A stretch of 64,000 nucleotides of DNA from Patescibacteria group bacterium (GCA_004297205.1 SCUL01000002.1:658893-722892); one strand, 5' to 3'. Counted from the stretch's first letter, positions 36,478 to 46,010 are shown. Numbers and translations are program-made. Notes: a model not told the origin generated them from the letters alone.

Positions 36478-36936
36478 ATGAAACCCGTCGTCATCATCGG
36501 CACGGACCACGCCGGGTACCGCCTCAAGGAACGGCTGAAGCGCTGGCTTGCGGCCTCCGGGTACGAGGTGCTCGATTTTGGCACGACCTCGGGGAGCGAC
36601 GCGGACTATCCGGACTTCGTGATTCCGGTGGCCGAGGCGGTGGCGGCCGCGAAGGGCGCGGCACGCGGCATCGTGCTCGGCGGCAGCGGCAACGGCGAGG
36701 CGATCGCCGCCAACAAAGTGCGCGGTGTCCGCGCCGCGCTGTGTTTCGATGCGCAGACGGCGAAGCTCGCTCGGGAACACAACGATGCCAACATCCTGGC
36801 GCTCGGTGCCCGCACCGTGACGCGCAGTTTCCCACTCGTCCAGCGCGTCGTCCGCCTGTTTTTGACGACGCCGTTTACGAAAGCGCCGCGCCACGTCCGC
36901 CGTCTCAAAAAAATCGCCGCCTATGAGGCGAGCTGA
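36478..36936 (+). CDS. rpiB: ribose-5-phosphate isomerase B
   Basis: MKPVVIIGTDHAGYRLKE...GTTSGSDADYPDF...VLGGSGNGEAIAANK pattern. Internal Met of ORF 36304..36936. Confidence 0.85.
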   Translation: MKPVVIIGTDHAGYRLKERLKRWLAASGYEVLDFGTTSGSDADYPDFVIPVAEAVAAAKGAARGIVLGGSGNGEAIAANKVRGVRAALCFDAQTAKLAREHNDANILALGARTVTRSFPLVQRVVRLFLTTPFTKAPRHVRRLKKIAAYEAS

Positions 36937-37567
36937 ACTCATTCCGTCGCTGCTTGTTCCCGACGAGGCCGCCTTTCGCGCCCGCATCGCGCTTCTGGGG
37001 GACGTGGCCCAGGCCGTGCACATCGACGTCATGGACGGCGTCTTCGTCGCCAACACCACCTGGGCCGATCCCGCGGCCATCCGGAACATGCACCTGCCCT
37101 TCGTGATCGAGGCGCATCTCATGGTGACGCATCCCGAGCGCCTCGTGGACGACTGGATCATGGCCGGCGCGCGCCGCGTCTTTGTCCATGTGGAAGCGCC
37201 GGGGAATCCTTTGGCTGCCGTCGAGGCGATGCGCGCCGTGGGACGGGAAGGGGGACTGGCCATCAACCCGGAGACGCCGGTCTCCCGGATCGCCGACCTG
37301 CTCGCGGAACTCGACGCCGTGCTCGTGATGGGCGTGAAGCCCGGCTGGAGCGGCCAGGCATTCCAGAGCGTGGCGCTCAGCAAGGTCGCGGAGCTGAAAC
37401 GGCTGCGGCCGGAGCTGCGCGTCGGCGTCGACGGCGGCGTGACGCCGCCGATCGCCGCCGATCTCGCGGCGCTCGGCTGCGACGCCGTGGTCGCGGCGCA
37501 CGCCCTGTACGACGCGCCGGATTTCAAAAAAGCGGTGGAGGATTTCGAGAAGGCATTGGCGGGGTAG
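36923..37567 (+). CDS. rpe: ribulose-phosphate 3-epimerase
   Basis: HIDVMDGVFV and MGVKPGWSGQAF motifs. Overlaps rpiB by 14 nt. Confidence 0.9.
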   Translation: MRRAELIPSLLVPDEAAFRARIALLGDVAQAVHIDVMDGVFVANTTWADPAAIRNMHLPFVIEAHLMVTHPERLVDDWIMAGARRVFVHVEAPGNPLAAVEAMRAVGREGGLAINPETPVSRIADLLAELDAVLVMGVKPGWSGQAFQSVALSKVAELKRLRPELRVGVDGGVTPPIAADLAALGCDAVVAAHALYDAPDFKKAVEDFEKALAG

Positions 37568-37609
37568 GGGCGGACCGATGTGTCCGCCCCGCCTCGTTTT
37601 TGTTACAAT
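37567..37609 (+). terminator. hairpin GGGGCGGACCGATGTGTCCGCCCC plus T-run, then TTACAAT box upstream of tktA
   Basis: Terminator-like structure after rpe, followed by a -10-like TTACAAT 9 nt before the tktA ATG. Same hairpin as at 30099. Confidence 0.55.
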
Positions 37610-37618
37610 GCCGTTCGT

Positions 37619-38479
37619 ATGGCGCATGCCCACGACAAGGAGATCGCCCGGCTGGAGGAGATCGCCAACGACATCCGGAAGAGCATCATCGAGATGCTCT
37701 TGGCCGCCGGTTCGGGGCACTCGGCCGGCCCGCTCGGCATGGCGGACTTCTTTGCCGCCATGTACTTCCACGTCCTCCATCACAATCCCAAAAAGCCGCA
37801 CTGGGAGGAGCGCGACCGGCTGATCCTCTCGAACGGCCACATCTGTCCGGGGCGCTACGCGGCCATGGCCCACGCCGGCTACTTCCCCAAGAAGGAATTG
37901 CTGACGCTCCGCAAATTCGGGACGCGGCTCCAGGGACATCCGGAGCGCGAACGGCTTCCGGGCGTGGAAACGACCTCCGGCCCGCTCGGCGCCGGTCTGG
38001 CGCAGTCCGCGGGTTTGGCCTACGCCGCGCGCCTCGACGGCAAGAAGTGGCGCACCTACTGCCTGACCTCGGACGGCGAACAAGAAGCCGGGCTCCACTG
38101 GGAGGCGGCGCTCTTCGCCGGCAAATACCGGCTGGCCAACCTCACGGCCTTCGTCGACCGCAACAACATCCAGATCGACGGCATGACGGAAGACATCATG
38201 CCGATCGAGCCGTTGCGCGCGAAGTGGGAGGCCTTCAACTGGCATGTCATCGACTGCGACGGCAACAACATGCAGGCCATCATCGACGCCGTGCATGAGG
38301 CCAAGGCCATCGTCGAAAAGCCGACCGTCATCATCCTGCACAACATTCCCGGCCGTGGCGTCTCCTTCATGGAAGGGAAGTTCGAGTGGCATGGCATGCC
38401 GCCGAACGCCGAGCAGGCCGCCATCGCGCTCCGGGAGCTCCGCACGCTCGGCGGTCGGATCCGTGCTGAACACGAATAG
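37619..38479 (+). CDS. transketolase, N-terminal (TPP-binding) subunit
   Basis: Split transketolase; N-terminal section with TPP-binding region LSNGHICPGRYAAMAHAGYF. Confidence 0.9.
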   Translation: MAHAHDKEIARLEEIANDIRKSIIEMLLAAGSGHSAGPLGMADFFAAMYFHVLHHNPKKPHWEERDRLILSNGHICPGRYAAMAHAGYFPKKELLTLRKFGTRLQGHPERERLPGVETTSGPLGAGLAQSAGLAYAARLDGKKWRTYCLTSDGEQEAGLHWEAALFAGKYRLANLTAFVDRNNIQIDGMTEDIMPIEPLRAKWEAFNWHVIDCDGNNMQAIIDAVHEAKAIVEKPTVIILHNIPGRGVSFMEGKFEWHGMPPNAEQAAIALRELRTLGGRIRAEHE

Positions 38480-38481
38480 GT

Positions 38482-39468
38482 ATGGCACTGAATCCCAAGG
38501 CATATCTCGCCGCCGATCTGCTGGCAAAGACGATCCTGAAGAAGCCGACCCGCGACGGCTACGGCGACGGCGTCGTCGAAGCGGGCAAGAAGAATCCGAA
38601 CGTCGTCGTCTGCTGCGCGGACCTGACCGAGTCGACGCGCTCCTTGGCATTCAAAAAGGCCTTCCCGGAGCGTTTCGTGCAGTTCGGCGTCTCCGAGCAG
38701 TCGCTCGCGGCCGTCGCCGCCGGCATGGCCATGGCCGGCAAGGTGCCGTTCATTTCTTCCTACGCGATGTTCTCTCCGGGCCGCAACTGGGAGATGATCC
38801 GCACCAACATCGCGCTGAACAACGTCAACGTGAAGATCATGGGCGCGCACGCCGGCGTCTCGGTGGGCCCCGACGGCGCCACGCACCAGGCCGTCGAGGA
38901 CATGGCCATCACCCGCGTCATCCCGCGCATGACCGTGATCGCGCCCTGCGACATGCACGAGACGCGCAAGGCGACCATCGCCGCCGCGACGCTCGCGGGC
39001 CCCGTCTACGTGCGCTTCGCCCGCGAGAAGACGCCGGTCTTCACCACGAACAAGACGCCGTTCAAGATCGGCCGCGCGGAGACGTTCCGTTTCGGGAAGC
39101 ACGCGACCATCGTGGCCTGCGGCCCGCTCGTCCATACCGCGCTGCTTGCCGCCGAGGTGCTTGCCAAGAAGGGGATCGACTGCGAGGTCATCGACAACCA
39201 CACCGTGAAGCCGATGGATGCCAGGACGATCCTCGCCTCGGCCCGCAAAACGCGCCGCGTCGTGACCGTCGAGGAGCACCAGGTGCACGGCGGCATGGGC
39301 TCGCGCGTCGCCGAGATTCTCGCCGCCTCCCTGCCGGTCCCCATGGAGTTCGTCGGCATGCAGGACCGTTTCGGCGAAAGCGGCAATCCGGAGGAGCTGA
39401 TCGAACATTTCGGCATGGGCGTCTCGGCCGTCATCGCGGCCGTGCGTAAAGTGATGAAACGGAAGTGA
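38482..39468 (+). CDS. transketolase, C-terminal (pyrimidine-binding) subunit
   Basis: GVSEQSLAAVAAGMAMAGKVPFISSYAMF... Immediately follows the N-terminal subunit. Confidence 0.9.
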   Translation: MALNPKAYLAADLLAKTILKKPTRDGYGDGVVEAGKKNPNVVVCCADLTESTRSLAFKKAFPERFVQFGVSEQSLAAVAAGMAMAGKVPFISSYAMFSPGRNWEMIRTNIALNNVNVKIMGAHAGVSVGPDGATHQAVEDMAITRVIPRMTVIAPCDMHETRKATIAAATLAGPVYVRFAREKTPVFTTNKTPFKIGRAETFRFGKHATIVACGPLVHTALLAAEVLAKKGIDCEVIDNHTVKPMDARTILASARKTRRVVTVEEHQVHGGMGSRVAEILAASLPVPMEFVGMQDRFGESGNPEELIEHFGMGVSAVIAAVRKVMKRK

Positions 39469-39517
39469 CTTGTCATTTCGGCTCATATGACCACACTTGA
39501 GGGTTCGAAATGATATG
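39466..39517 (+). promoter_or_regulatory. conserved intercistronic element copy 1 (TGACTTGTCATTTCGG...CTTGAGGGTTCGAAATGATATGG)
   Basis: Spans from the tktB stop codon to the pfkB start codon. Near-identical ends recur at 42419-42469. Confidence 0.5.
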
Positions 39518-40492
39518 GCCAGGAAGCTCGACATCATCTCGATCGGCGACGCCACGCTCGACACCTTCATCCGGGTGTCCGACGCCTCCTTGATGTGCAC
39601 GGTGGACCGCGAGAATTGCCTGCTCTGCTTCAACTACGCCGACAAGATCCCGATCGTCTCCTTGGACCGCACCGTGGCCGGCAACGCCGCCAACAACGCC
39701 GTCGGTTCGGCGCGGCTCGGCATGCAGGCCGCCTTCTACTCCGTGATCGGCGACGACGAGGTCGGCCGCATGATCCGCGCCACGATGAAGAAGGAAGGCG
39801 TCTCCGAGGACTATCTGGTCATCGACAAGAAGCGGCCGTCGAACTATTCGGTCGTGTTGAACTACCAGGGCGAGCGCACCATCCTTTATTACAGCGAACC
39901 GCGCACCTACAAGCTTCCGCCGCTCGCGCCGGCCTCCTGGATGTATTACACGGCGATCGGCAGCAACCACCACAGCTTGGAACGCTCGATGCTGGCGTAT
40001 CTCAAGCGCCACAAGACCAAGCTCGGCTACAATCCGGGCACCGGCCAGATCCGCGAAGGCCTGAAGCGCCTGAAGCCGCTCCTGGCCGTGACCGAAGTGC
40101 TGTTCGTGAACAAGCAGGAAGCCGAGCAACTCGTCGGCCGGCGCGGGGAGATGCATGAACTGGCCGCCGCGCTCCGCCAGACGGGCCCCAAGATCGTCGT
40201 CATCACCGACGGGCCGCGCGGCGCGCACGCCTTCGACGGCAGCCATCTGTGGAAGATGGGCGTCTTTCCGGCCAAGGTCGTGGAAATGACCGGCGCCGGC
40301 GACAGTTTCGCCACGGGATTCGTGGCCGCGCTCCACCGCGGGCTTGGCGTCGCGGACGCGCTCAAATGGGGGAGCGCCAATTCGGCCGGCGTCATCGGAA
40401 AAATCGGTCCGCAGGCCGGCCTCCAGACCGTGGCCGGCATCAAGAAGATGATTACCACGTACAAGGCGGTAAAACCCGTGGAGGAATCCTGA
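39515..40492 (+). CDS. PfkB-family carbohydrate kinase (ribokinase-like)
   Basis: PfkB signatures (DIISIGDATLD, GAGDSFATGF). ATG at 39515 preferred over TTG 39497 because the upstream 18 nt are a conserved element shared with an unrelated gene. Confidence 0.8.
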   Translation: MARKLDIISIGDATLDTFIRVSDASLMCTVDRENCLLCFNYADKIPIVSLDRTVAGNAANNAVGSARLGMQAAFYSVIGDDEVGRMIRATMKKEGVSEDYLVIDKKRPSNYSVVLNYQGERTILYYSEPRTYKLPPLAPASWMYYTAIGSNHHSLERSMLAYLKRHKTKLGYNPGTGQIREGLKRLKPLLAVTEVLFVNKQEAEQLVGRRGEMHELAAALRQTGPKIVVITDGPRGAHAFDGSHLWKMGVFPAKVVEMTGAGDSFATGFVAALHRGLGVADALKWGSANSAGVIGKIGPQAGLQTVAGIKKMITTYKAVKPVEES

Positions 40493-40493
40493 C

Positions 40494-41435
40494 ATGCTCA
40501 CCGCACTCGCTCCCGTCCTGCAGAAGGCGCACCGCGGCCGCTACGCCGTCGGCGCGTTCAATATCAACAACCTGGAATTGGCCCAGGGCATCATGGCGGC
40601 GGCCGAGAAGCTGCGCGCGCCGGTGATCCTGCAGACCTCGGAAGGCGCGATTGACTACGCCGGCATGGAGTACCTCGCGGCCATCGCCTGGGTCGCGGCC
40701 GAGCGGGTCAAGACGCCCGTCGTCTTCCATCTCGATCACGGCAAGAATCCCTCCCTCGTGGAGCGTGCCATCAAAAGCGGCTTCTACACCTCGGTCATGA
40801 TCGACGGCTCGCATCATCCCTATAAGGAAAACGTCCGCGTCACCAAAAAGATCGTGGCCATGGCCCACCGCCGCGGCGTGTCCGTGGAAGCGGAGCTGGG
40901 CGCCATCGCCGGCATCGAGGACTTCGTGTCCGTGGCCGAGCGCGACGCGCGTCTCACGAATCCGGAGGAAGCCCGCCGCTTCGTGCGCGAGACCGGCTGC
41001 GACGCCCTGGCGGTCGCGATCGGCACGGCGCACGGCGTCTTCAAGTTCAAAGGCGCACCCAAGCTCGACATCCCGCGGTTGCGCAAGATCAAGGCGGCCA
41101 CGAAACTGCCGCTCGTCCTCCACGGCGCCTCCGGCGTCGATCCCAAACTGCGTGCCGCGCTCAAGGACCACTGCGACGACCTGCACGACTGCAACCGCGT
41201 CAAAGACGCCCGCGGCGTGTCCGACGCGCTCATCCGCCAGGCGGTCCGCGCCGGCATCAACAAGATCAACATCGACTCCGACCTGCGCCTGGCCTTCACG
41301 GCCGCCGTGCGCAGCGCGTTGATGAAGGACGTCAAGACCGTCGACCCCCGCAAGGTCGTCGGTCCGGCCCGCGACGCGGTCACGGACGTCGTGATGGGTA
41401 AGATGACGTTGTTCGGTTGCGCCCGGAAAGGCTGA
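40494..41435 (+). CDS. fba: class II fructose-bisphosphate aldolase
   Basis: Class II aldolase pattern (GAFNINNLE, VILQTSEGA, HLDHG, LHGASG). Confidence 0.9.
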   Translation: MLTALAPVLQKAHRGRYAVGAFNINNLELAQGIMAAAEKLRAPVILQTSEGAIDYAGMEYLAAIAWVAAERVKTPVVFHLDHGKNPSLVERAIKSGFYTSVMIDGSHHPYKENVRVTKKIVAMAHRRGVSVEAELGAIAGIEDFVSVAERDARLTNPEEARRFVRETGCDALAVAIGTAHGVFKFKGAPKLDIPRLRKIKAATKLPLVLHGASGVDPKLRAALKDHCDDLHDCNRVKDARGVSDALIRQAVRAGINKINIDSDLRLAFTAAVRSALMKDVKTVDPRKVVGPARDAVTDVVMGKMTLFGCARKG

Positions 41436-41437
41436 CT

Positions 41438-42421
41438 ATGAAGAAACTTCCCGCCATCGCCACGCTCGGCGCAGCCACCATCGACGCCTTCGTCTGGTCG
41501 CGCGCCTTTTCCGAAATCCGTTCCTCCCGTTTTTCGACCGGGGTGGGCGAGTGCTTCTCGCTCGGCGCCAAGATCGACATCGACCGTTTCATGCTCTCCA
41601 CCGGCGGCGGCGCCACGAACGCGGGCGCGACGTTTGCCAACCTCGGCTTCGGCACCGCCTGCGCCTGCGCCGTCGGCGACGACCTGTTCGGCCGCGCGGT
41701 GCGCGATGATCTGCGCGAGCGCGGCATCGGCACGGAAGCCGTCGCCGTGCTGCCCGGCGAGCAGACCGCGTTTTCCACGATCCTCGTCATGCCCTCGGGC
41801 GAGCGCACCGTGCTCGTCCACCGCGGCGCCTCGGAGAAGCTGACCGCGGCGCGCGTCCCCTGGAAGAAGCTGCGCGGCGCGTGGCTCTACATGACGTCGG
41901 TCGGCGGGCGGATGGACGTGCTCAAAGGCGCGATGGCGCACGCCGCGCGCGCCAAGCAGCGGGTGTTTTGGAATCCGGGCGGCAAGGACATCGCCCACGG
42001 CCTGCGCGCGCTCAAACCCCATCTGCGCGGCGTCTCGGTGCTTTCGTTGAACCGCGAGGAAGCGGCGACCCTGACCGGCCGCCAGGTCAAAGACACGATC
42101 GGCATGCTGCGCGATTTGCACATGCATGTTCCCGGCGTGGTGTTCACGGACGGCAGCCACGGTGCCTGGTGGAGCGACGGCGAACGTTTGCTCTTCGCGA
42201 AACCGACCGGCGTCAAGGCCCTGAACCGCACCGGCGCGGGAGACGCCTTCGGCTCCGGGTTCCTGGCGGGCTTCATCCGCTTCGGCGATCCGGCCAAGGC
42301 GCTCCAGCTTGCCACCGTGAACGCCGAGGGCGTGATCCGCAAGATCGGCGCCAAGACCGGGTTGCTCCGCCGTTGGCCGTCCGCCGCCGCGCTCACAAAG
42401 ATCCGCATCACCGCTCGCTGA
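41438..42421 (+). CDS. PfkB-family carbohydrate kinase (second copy)
   Basis: Internal Met MKKLPAIATLGAATID of ORF 41417..42421. GAGDAFGSGF motif. Confidence 0.8.
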   Translation: MKKLPAIATLGAATIDAFVWSRAFSEIRSSRFSTGVGECFSLGAKIDIDRFMLSTGGGATNAGATFANLGFGTACACAVGDDLFGRAVRDDLRERGIGTEAVAVLPGEQTAFSTILVMPSGERTVLVHRGASEKLTAARVPWKKLRGAWLYMTSVGGRMDVLKGAMAHAARAKQRVFWNPGGKDIAHGLRALKPHLRGVSVLSLNREEAATLTGRQVKDTIGMLRDLHMHVPGVVFTDGSHGAWWSDGERLLFAKPTGVKALNRTGAGDAFGSGFLAGFIRFGDPAKALQLATVNAEGVIRKIGAKTGLLRRWPSAAALTKIRITAR

Positions 42422-42469
42422 CTTGTCCTTTCGGTTGTCTAACAAATCTTGATGGTTCGAAAGGATATG
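42419..42469 (+). promoter_or_regulatory. conserved intercistronic element copy 2 (TGACTTGTCCTTTCGG...CTTGATGGTTCGAAAGGATATGG)
   Basis: Same organisation as copy 1: it begins at the stop codon TGA of the upstream gene and ends at the ATG of the downstream gene. Confidence 0.5.
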
Positions 42470-43450
42470 GGAAAGATTTTCGTGACGCGTCAGATCCCGG
42501 ATGAAGGATTGAAGAAGCTGAAGGCCGCGGGCCACAGCCTCGCCGTCTACGGCGGCGACCGCGCGATTCCGCGCAAGGAACTCCTGGCCGGCGTGAAAGG
42601 CGTCGACGCGCTGCTCCCGCTGCTGACCGACAAGATCGACGCCGAGGTCATGAATGCCGGCGGCAAGAGACTGAAGATCATCGCCAACTACGCGGTCGGA
42701 TTCGACAACGTCGATCTTGCTGCAGCCAAACAGCGCGGCATTCCCGTCACCAACACGCCGGCGCCGGAAGTCTCGGAGACCGTGGCCGAACACGCCTTCG
42801 CGTTGATGATTTCGCTGGCCCACCGCATTCCCGAGTCCGACCGCTTCGCACGCGCCGGCAAATATAAGGGCTGGGGACCGCAGATGCTCCTGGGTGTCGA
42901 CCTCTACGGCAAAACGCTCGGCATCGTCGGGCTCGGCCGCATCGGCCGCGCCGTTTGCGAACGCGCCGTGAAGGGCTTCCGCATGAAGGTCGTCTACAGC
43001 GACCCGCGCAAGGACAAGGAATTCGAGAAGGAGTTCGGCGCGCGCTATCTGCCGCTCGAGAAGTTGTTGCAGGAGGCCGACTTCGTGTCGCTGCACGTGC
43101 CGCTCCTGCCTTCGACGCGCCACATGATTTCGACCGCCGAGTTCGCGCTCATGAAGAAGACGTCGTACCTCGTGAACACCTCGCGCGGACCGGTCATCGA
43201 CGAGAAGGCGCTCGAGCGCGCCCTGCGCACCAAGCGCATCGCCGGCGCCGGGCTCGACGTCTTTGAGTGCGAGCCGCTCATCGACTGCGACCCCTCGGAT
43301 ACCCTCGAGCTGCGCAAGATGGAAAACGTCGTGCTGACCCCGCACACCGCGAGCGCCACCATCGAAGCGCGCCAGGCCATGTCCCGACTCGCCGCCGACA
43401 ACGTCATCGCGGTCTTGAAAGGCAAGCCGCCCTTGACCCCTGCGAAATAA
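42467..43450 (+). CDS. D-isomer-specific 2-hydroxyacid dehydrogenase (glycerate/hydroxypyruvate reductase-like)
   Basis: NAD-binding GLGRIGRAV motif and catalytic region. ATG 42467 preferred (TTG 42449 alternative). Confidence 0.85.
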   Translation: MGKIFVTRQIPDEGLKKLKAAGHSLAVYGGDRAIPRKELLAGVKGVDALLPLLTDKIDAEVMNAGGKRLKIIANYAVGFDNVDLAAAKQRGIPVTNTPAPEVSETVAEHAFALMISLAHRIPESDRFARAGKYKGWGPQMLLGVDLYGKTLGIVGLGRIGRAVCERAVKGFRMKVVYSDPRKDKEFEKEFGARYLPLEKLLQEADFVSLHVPLLPSTRHMISTAEFALMKKTSYLVNTSRGPVIDEKALERALRTKRIAGAGLDVFECEPLIDCDPSDTLELRKMENVVLTPHTASATIEARQAMSRLAADNVIAVLKGKPPLTPAK

Positions 43451-43459
43451 TACGCTTCC

Positions 43460-44395
43460 ATGTCGCGCCTTCCGGCACTGTTGCGTCATCTGGCGGAGTC
43501 CTACGTCGCCGTCCTTGTTATCGCGCTCACAATAGGCCTTTTTGTTCCGTCCGTCGGCCGGCAGCTGTCGCCCTACAGCACGTTCATCTTACAGAGCATC
43601 TTTTTCCTTTCCGCGTTGAAACTCGATCTGAAGTCCGTAGCGCGGGAGATGCGCAATTGGCGCGCTGTCGCCCTGGCAAATGCGTTCATGCTTATGGCGT
43701 TTCCGGCGGTCGGCTATCTGCTTGCTCGTCTTTTTGCGCCGCAGTACGCATTACCCGTCCTGATCCTCGCCGCCATGCCGGCGGGGATGACGACGCCGTT
43801 GCTCGCCGAACTCGTCGGCGGGTCGGCGGCATTCGCTCTGGTGCTTACGGTAACGACCTCGCTGCTTGCCCCGGTGACGGTCCCGCTTGTCATCCAATGG
43901 CTTGCCGGCGCAGCCGTCGAAGTGTCGTTCCTGACGATGTTCCTTTCGCTGCTCTCCGTGATCATTGCGCCGTTCGCGCTCGGACAGCTTGTCCGCGCGT
44001 TCATGAAGAAACGGATCGACGCAACATCGTTTGCGTTCAAGCCCGTGTCTCTCACACTGCTCGGTCTGCTGATCGTGAGTGTGATTGCAAAACAGGCCGA
44101 AGCAATTTTGGGGAACGGGCGGCTGCTCGTCGAGGGACTGGCGGTACTCATTGTTTATTTTGTGCTTGCGCATGCAGCGGGATTTTTCGGGTTTCCTTGG
44201 TTGCGTCGGGACCTGCGGCTCTCGACGACGGTGTGCTTGTCGTACATGAATTTCACACTCGCCATCTACCTGGCGGGTCGATTTTTCCCGCAACCGGAGG
44301 TGCTTGTACCGGTCGTGCTCTCCGTCATCCCGTGGAGCGTCGGCATTATTCCCTTCCGTGCGCTAACGCGACGGGCGCGGTACCATGCAGGTTGA
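43460..44395 (+). CDS. bile acid:sodium symporter (BASS) family membrane transporter
   Basis: 311 aa, ~9 TM helices, BASS-like repeats. Confidence 0.65.
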   Translation: MSRLPALLRHLAESYVAVLVIALTIGLFVPSVGRQLSPYSTFILQSIFFLSALKLDLKSVAREMRNWRAVALANAFMLMAFPAVGYLLARLFAPQYALPVLILAAMPAGMTTPLLAELVGGSAAFALVLTVTTSLLAPVTVPLVIQWLAGAAVEVSFLTMFLSLLSVIIAPFALGQLVRAFMKKRIDATSFAFKPVSLTLLGLLIVSVIAKQAEAILGNGRLLVEGLAVLIVYFVLAHAAGFFGFPWLRRDLRLSTTVCLSYMNFTLAIYLAGRFFPQPEVLVPVVLSVIPWSVGIIPFRALTRRARYHAG

Positions 44396-44398
44396 CCT

Positions 44399-44809
44399 AT
44401 GCACGGATTCACCAAGCGCTGCCACTGCGGCAGCCGCACCATTCCCTTCTGGGCGCGCGCCCCCTTCGACGAGCATGCCGTGGCCCAGGTCTTTTGCCCG
44501 CATTGCGTGAACCAGGCGCCGCCGGAAGCGCTCGACGTGGCCGTGACCGGGGTCCACGGCTGGTCCGGCGTCTACGCCATCGACTGGAATCAGGCGGCGC
44601 TCCACGACCGTGATGCAAAGTTCCGCGACGCGCCCGCCTACTACGAGAAGCTGTTCAAGAAGGATTTGGTCACGTTCGGCTTCCTGCCGCGGATACGGGC
44701 CGAGGGCGCCTATACCCTGTTAGGCATCCGCGGATTCGTGCCGAGCGAATCGGCGCCGCTCTCCGCCAAGAGCAAGAAGGCCCTCAAGAACGAGGAACGC
44801 GCGGGTTGA
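44399..44809 (+). CDS. hypothetical Cys-cluster protein (CHCG...CPHC)
   Basis: 136 aa with two Cys pairs (KRCHCG, FCPHCVNQ) suggesting a zinc ribbon. Confidence 0.5.
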   Translation: MHGFTKRCHCGSRTIPFWARAPFDEHAVAQVFCPHCVNQAPPEALDVAVTGVHGWSGVYAIDWNQAALHDRDAKFRDAPAYYEKLFKKDLVTFGFLPRIRAEGAYTLLGIRGFVPSESAPLSAKSKKALKNEERAG

Positions 44810-44937
44810 CCCCCGCTCGTTTTTCGATTACAACTAGTGTCATTCTGAGCGGCGCGAAGAATCCTACCGGTGCTTGTCAGAGATCCTGCAGCGACAAGAA
44901 GGATCCTTCATTACCTTTCAGGATGACAACAACACGC

Positions 44938-45011
44938 GGGCCGCTAGCTTAGTGGCAGAGCACCCGGTTTGCATCCGGGAGATGAGGGTTCGATTCCCTC
45001 GCGGTCCACCA
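44938..45011 (+). tRNA. tRNA-Ala (anticodon TGC), CCA encoded
   Basis: Acceptor GGGCCGC/GCGGTCC with the G3.U70 Ala identity pair, anticodon loop TTTGCAT, T-arm GAGGG-TTCGATT-CCCTC, 3' ACCA. Confidence 0.85.
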
Positions 45012-45171
45012 GAGAGAACCTAACCCAGACAATAAGGTGGAAGTGCATGACGGCGCTCAAGAAAGCGCCGTTTTCGTTCCCGATCGATCCGGGTAGTTCC
45101 GTCCACGACACCAGGAGAGAAACCGAACCCAAGATAAAGAAAGAGACTGAGCAAAGTCAGTCTCGTGGACG

Positions 45172-45393
45172 TCAGTCGTCCTGGCTATCTCCGCTCTCAT
45201 CGGGGATTACGCCCCAAAGGCGGAGGTAGGGCTTTCCGAACGTGGTTCCCATGAAGAAGCCGACCTGGATCGCGACGAACGCGACCGCAGTCGGCCACCA
45301 GAGGGGAACAAGGAACGAGAGCACGAGAACGTTTCCGAGCAGATGTGCCGTGGCGAACTTCCACTGACGCTGAGTTCCCATTCTCGGGTTCAC
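45172..45393 (-). CDS. hypothetical small membrane protein (2 TM helices)
   Basis: 73-aa ORF with two hydrophobic helices. Confidence 0.4.
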   Translation of the reverse strand: MNPRMGTQRQWKFATAHLLGNVLVLSFLVPLWWPTAVAFVAIQVGFFMGTTFGKPYLRLWGVIPDESGDSQDD

Positions 45394-45432
45394 TCCTTTC
45401 CCGAGATCGAAGACCCAGCCCCGATGGAATCT

Positions 45433-45972
45433 CTAGCCTGTACGACGCAGCTCTACGTACAGAATCATGATTCCTGACTCGTCGATACGATTCGCTACCA
45501 AGTAGCCCGTCATCGCGTCGCCCATCGGACTGATTTGGAGTAGCCCGGCTCCGAAATCGTGCGTCCGAGGATCATCACTGGCAAACGCGAGTCGCACAAA
45601 GTCGTCGTGCTCGAAGTGCATGTCCTCGATGACCTCGTGGTAGTTCGAGCCTGCGCCCCCGTCCACGATCGTGACCGCCTCGATGATTCCGCCGAGTCCG
45701 CCCGCGGTCGGTACCAAAGTCAGGGTAACCTGGAAATGCCGGGCCGGGGATCCCAGAGCAGCGTGACCCGCGTTGACAATGACTTCGTCAGATACTCCCT
45801 CCCATCGCCCGGTCACATCGCGGGTGGGCGACTCTGCTGCTGCGACGGGCGTCGGACTTCCACGGCCAGTCGTGAGAGTTGCGGCCGCGGTGATGAGAGA
45901 TGCCAGGATCGCGGTCCCCGCGCCCACGAGCGTCATCGTTCGCGTCGACCAGCTGCGCGCTGCCATGCTCAC
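45433..45972 (-). CDS. hypothetical secreted protein
   Basis: 179 aa with N-terminal signal-like segment MSMAARSWSTRTMTLVGAGTAILASLITAAA. Confidence 0.5.
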   Translation of the reverse strand: MSMAARSWSTRTMTLVGAGTAILASLITAAATLTTGRGSPTPVAAAESPTRDVTGRWEGVSDEVIVNAGHAALGSPARHFQVTLTLVPTAGGLGGIIEAVTIVDGGAGSNYHEVIEDMHFEHDDFVRLAFASDDPRTHDFGAGLLQISPMGDAMTGYLVANRIDESGIMILYVELRRTG

Positions 45973-46010
45973 CTCCGTGTGGGCGTCCTCGGGTTACCCT
46001 GCCCGGACGT

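Noticed and set aside
44810-44937. Promoter or operator upstream of tRNA-Ala (GAAGGATCCTTC 12-bp palindrome, TTGTCA boxes)
   Set aside because: The motifs are present, but no -35/-10 pair with proper spacing could be assigned. Too speculative to annotate.
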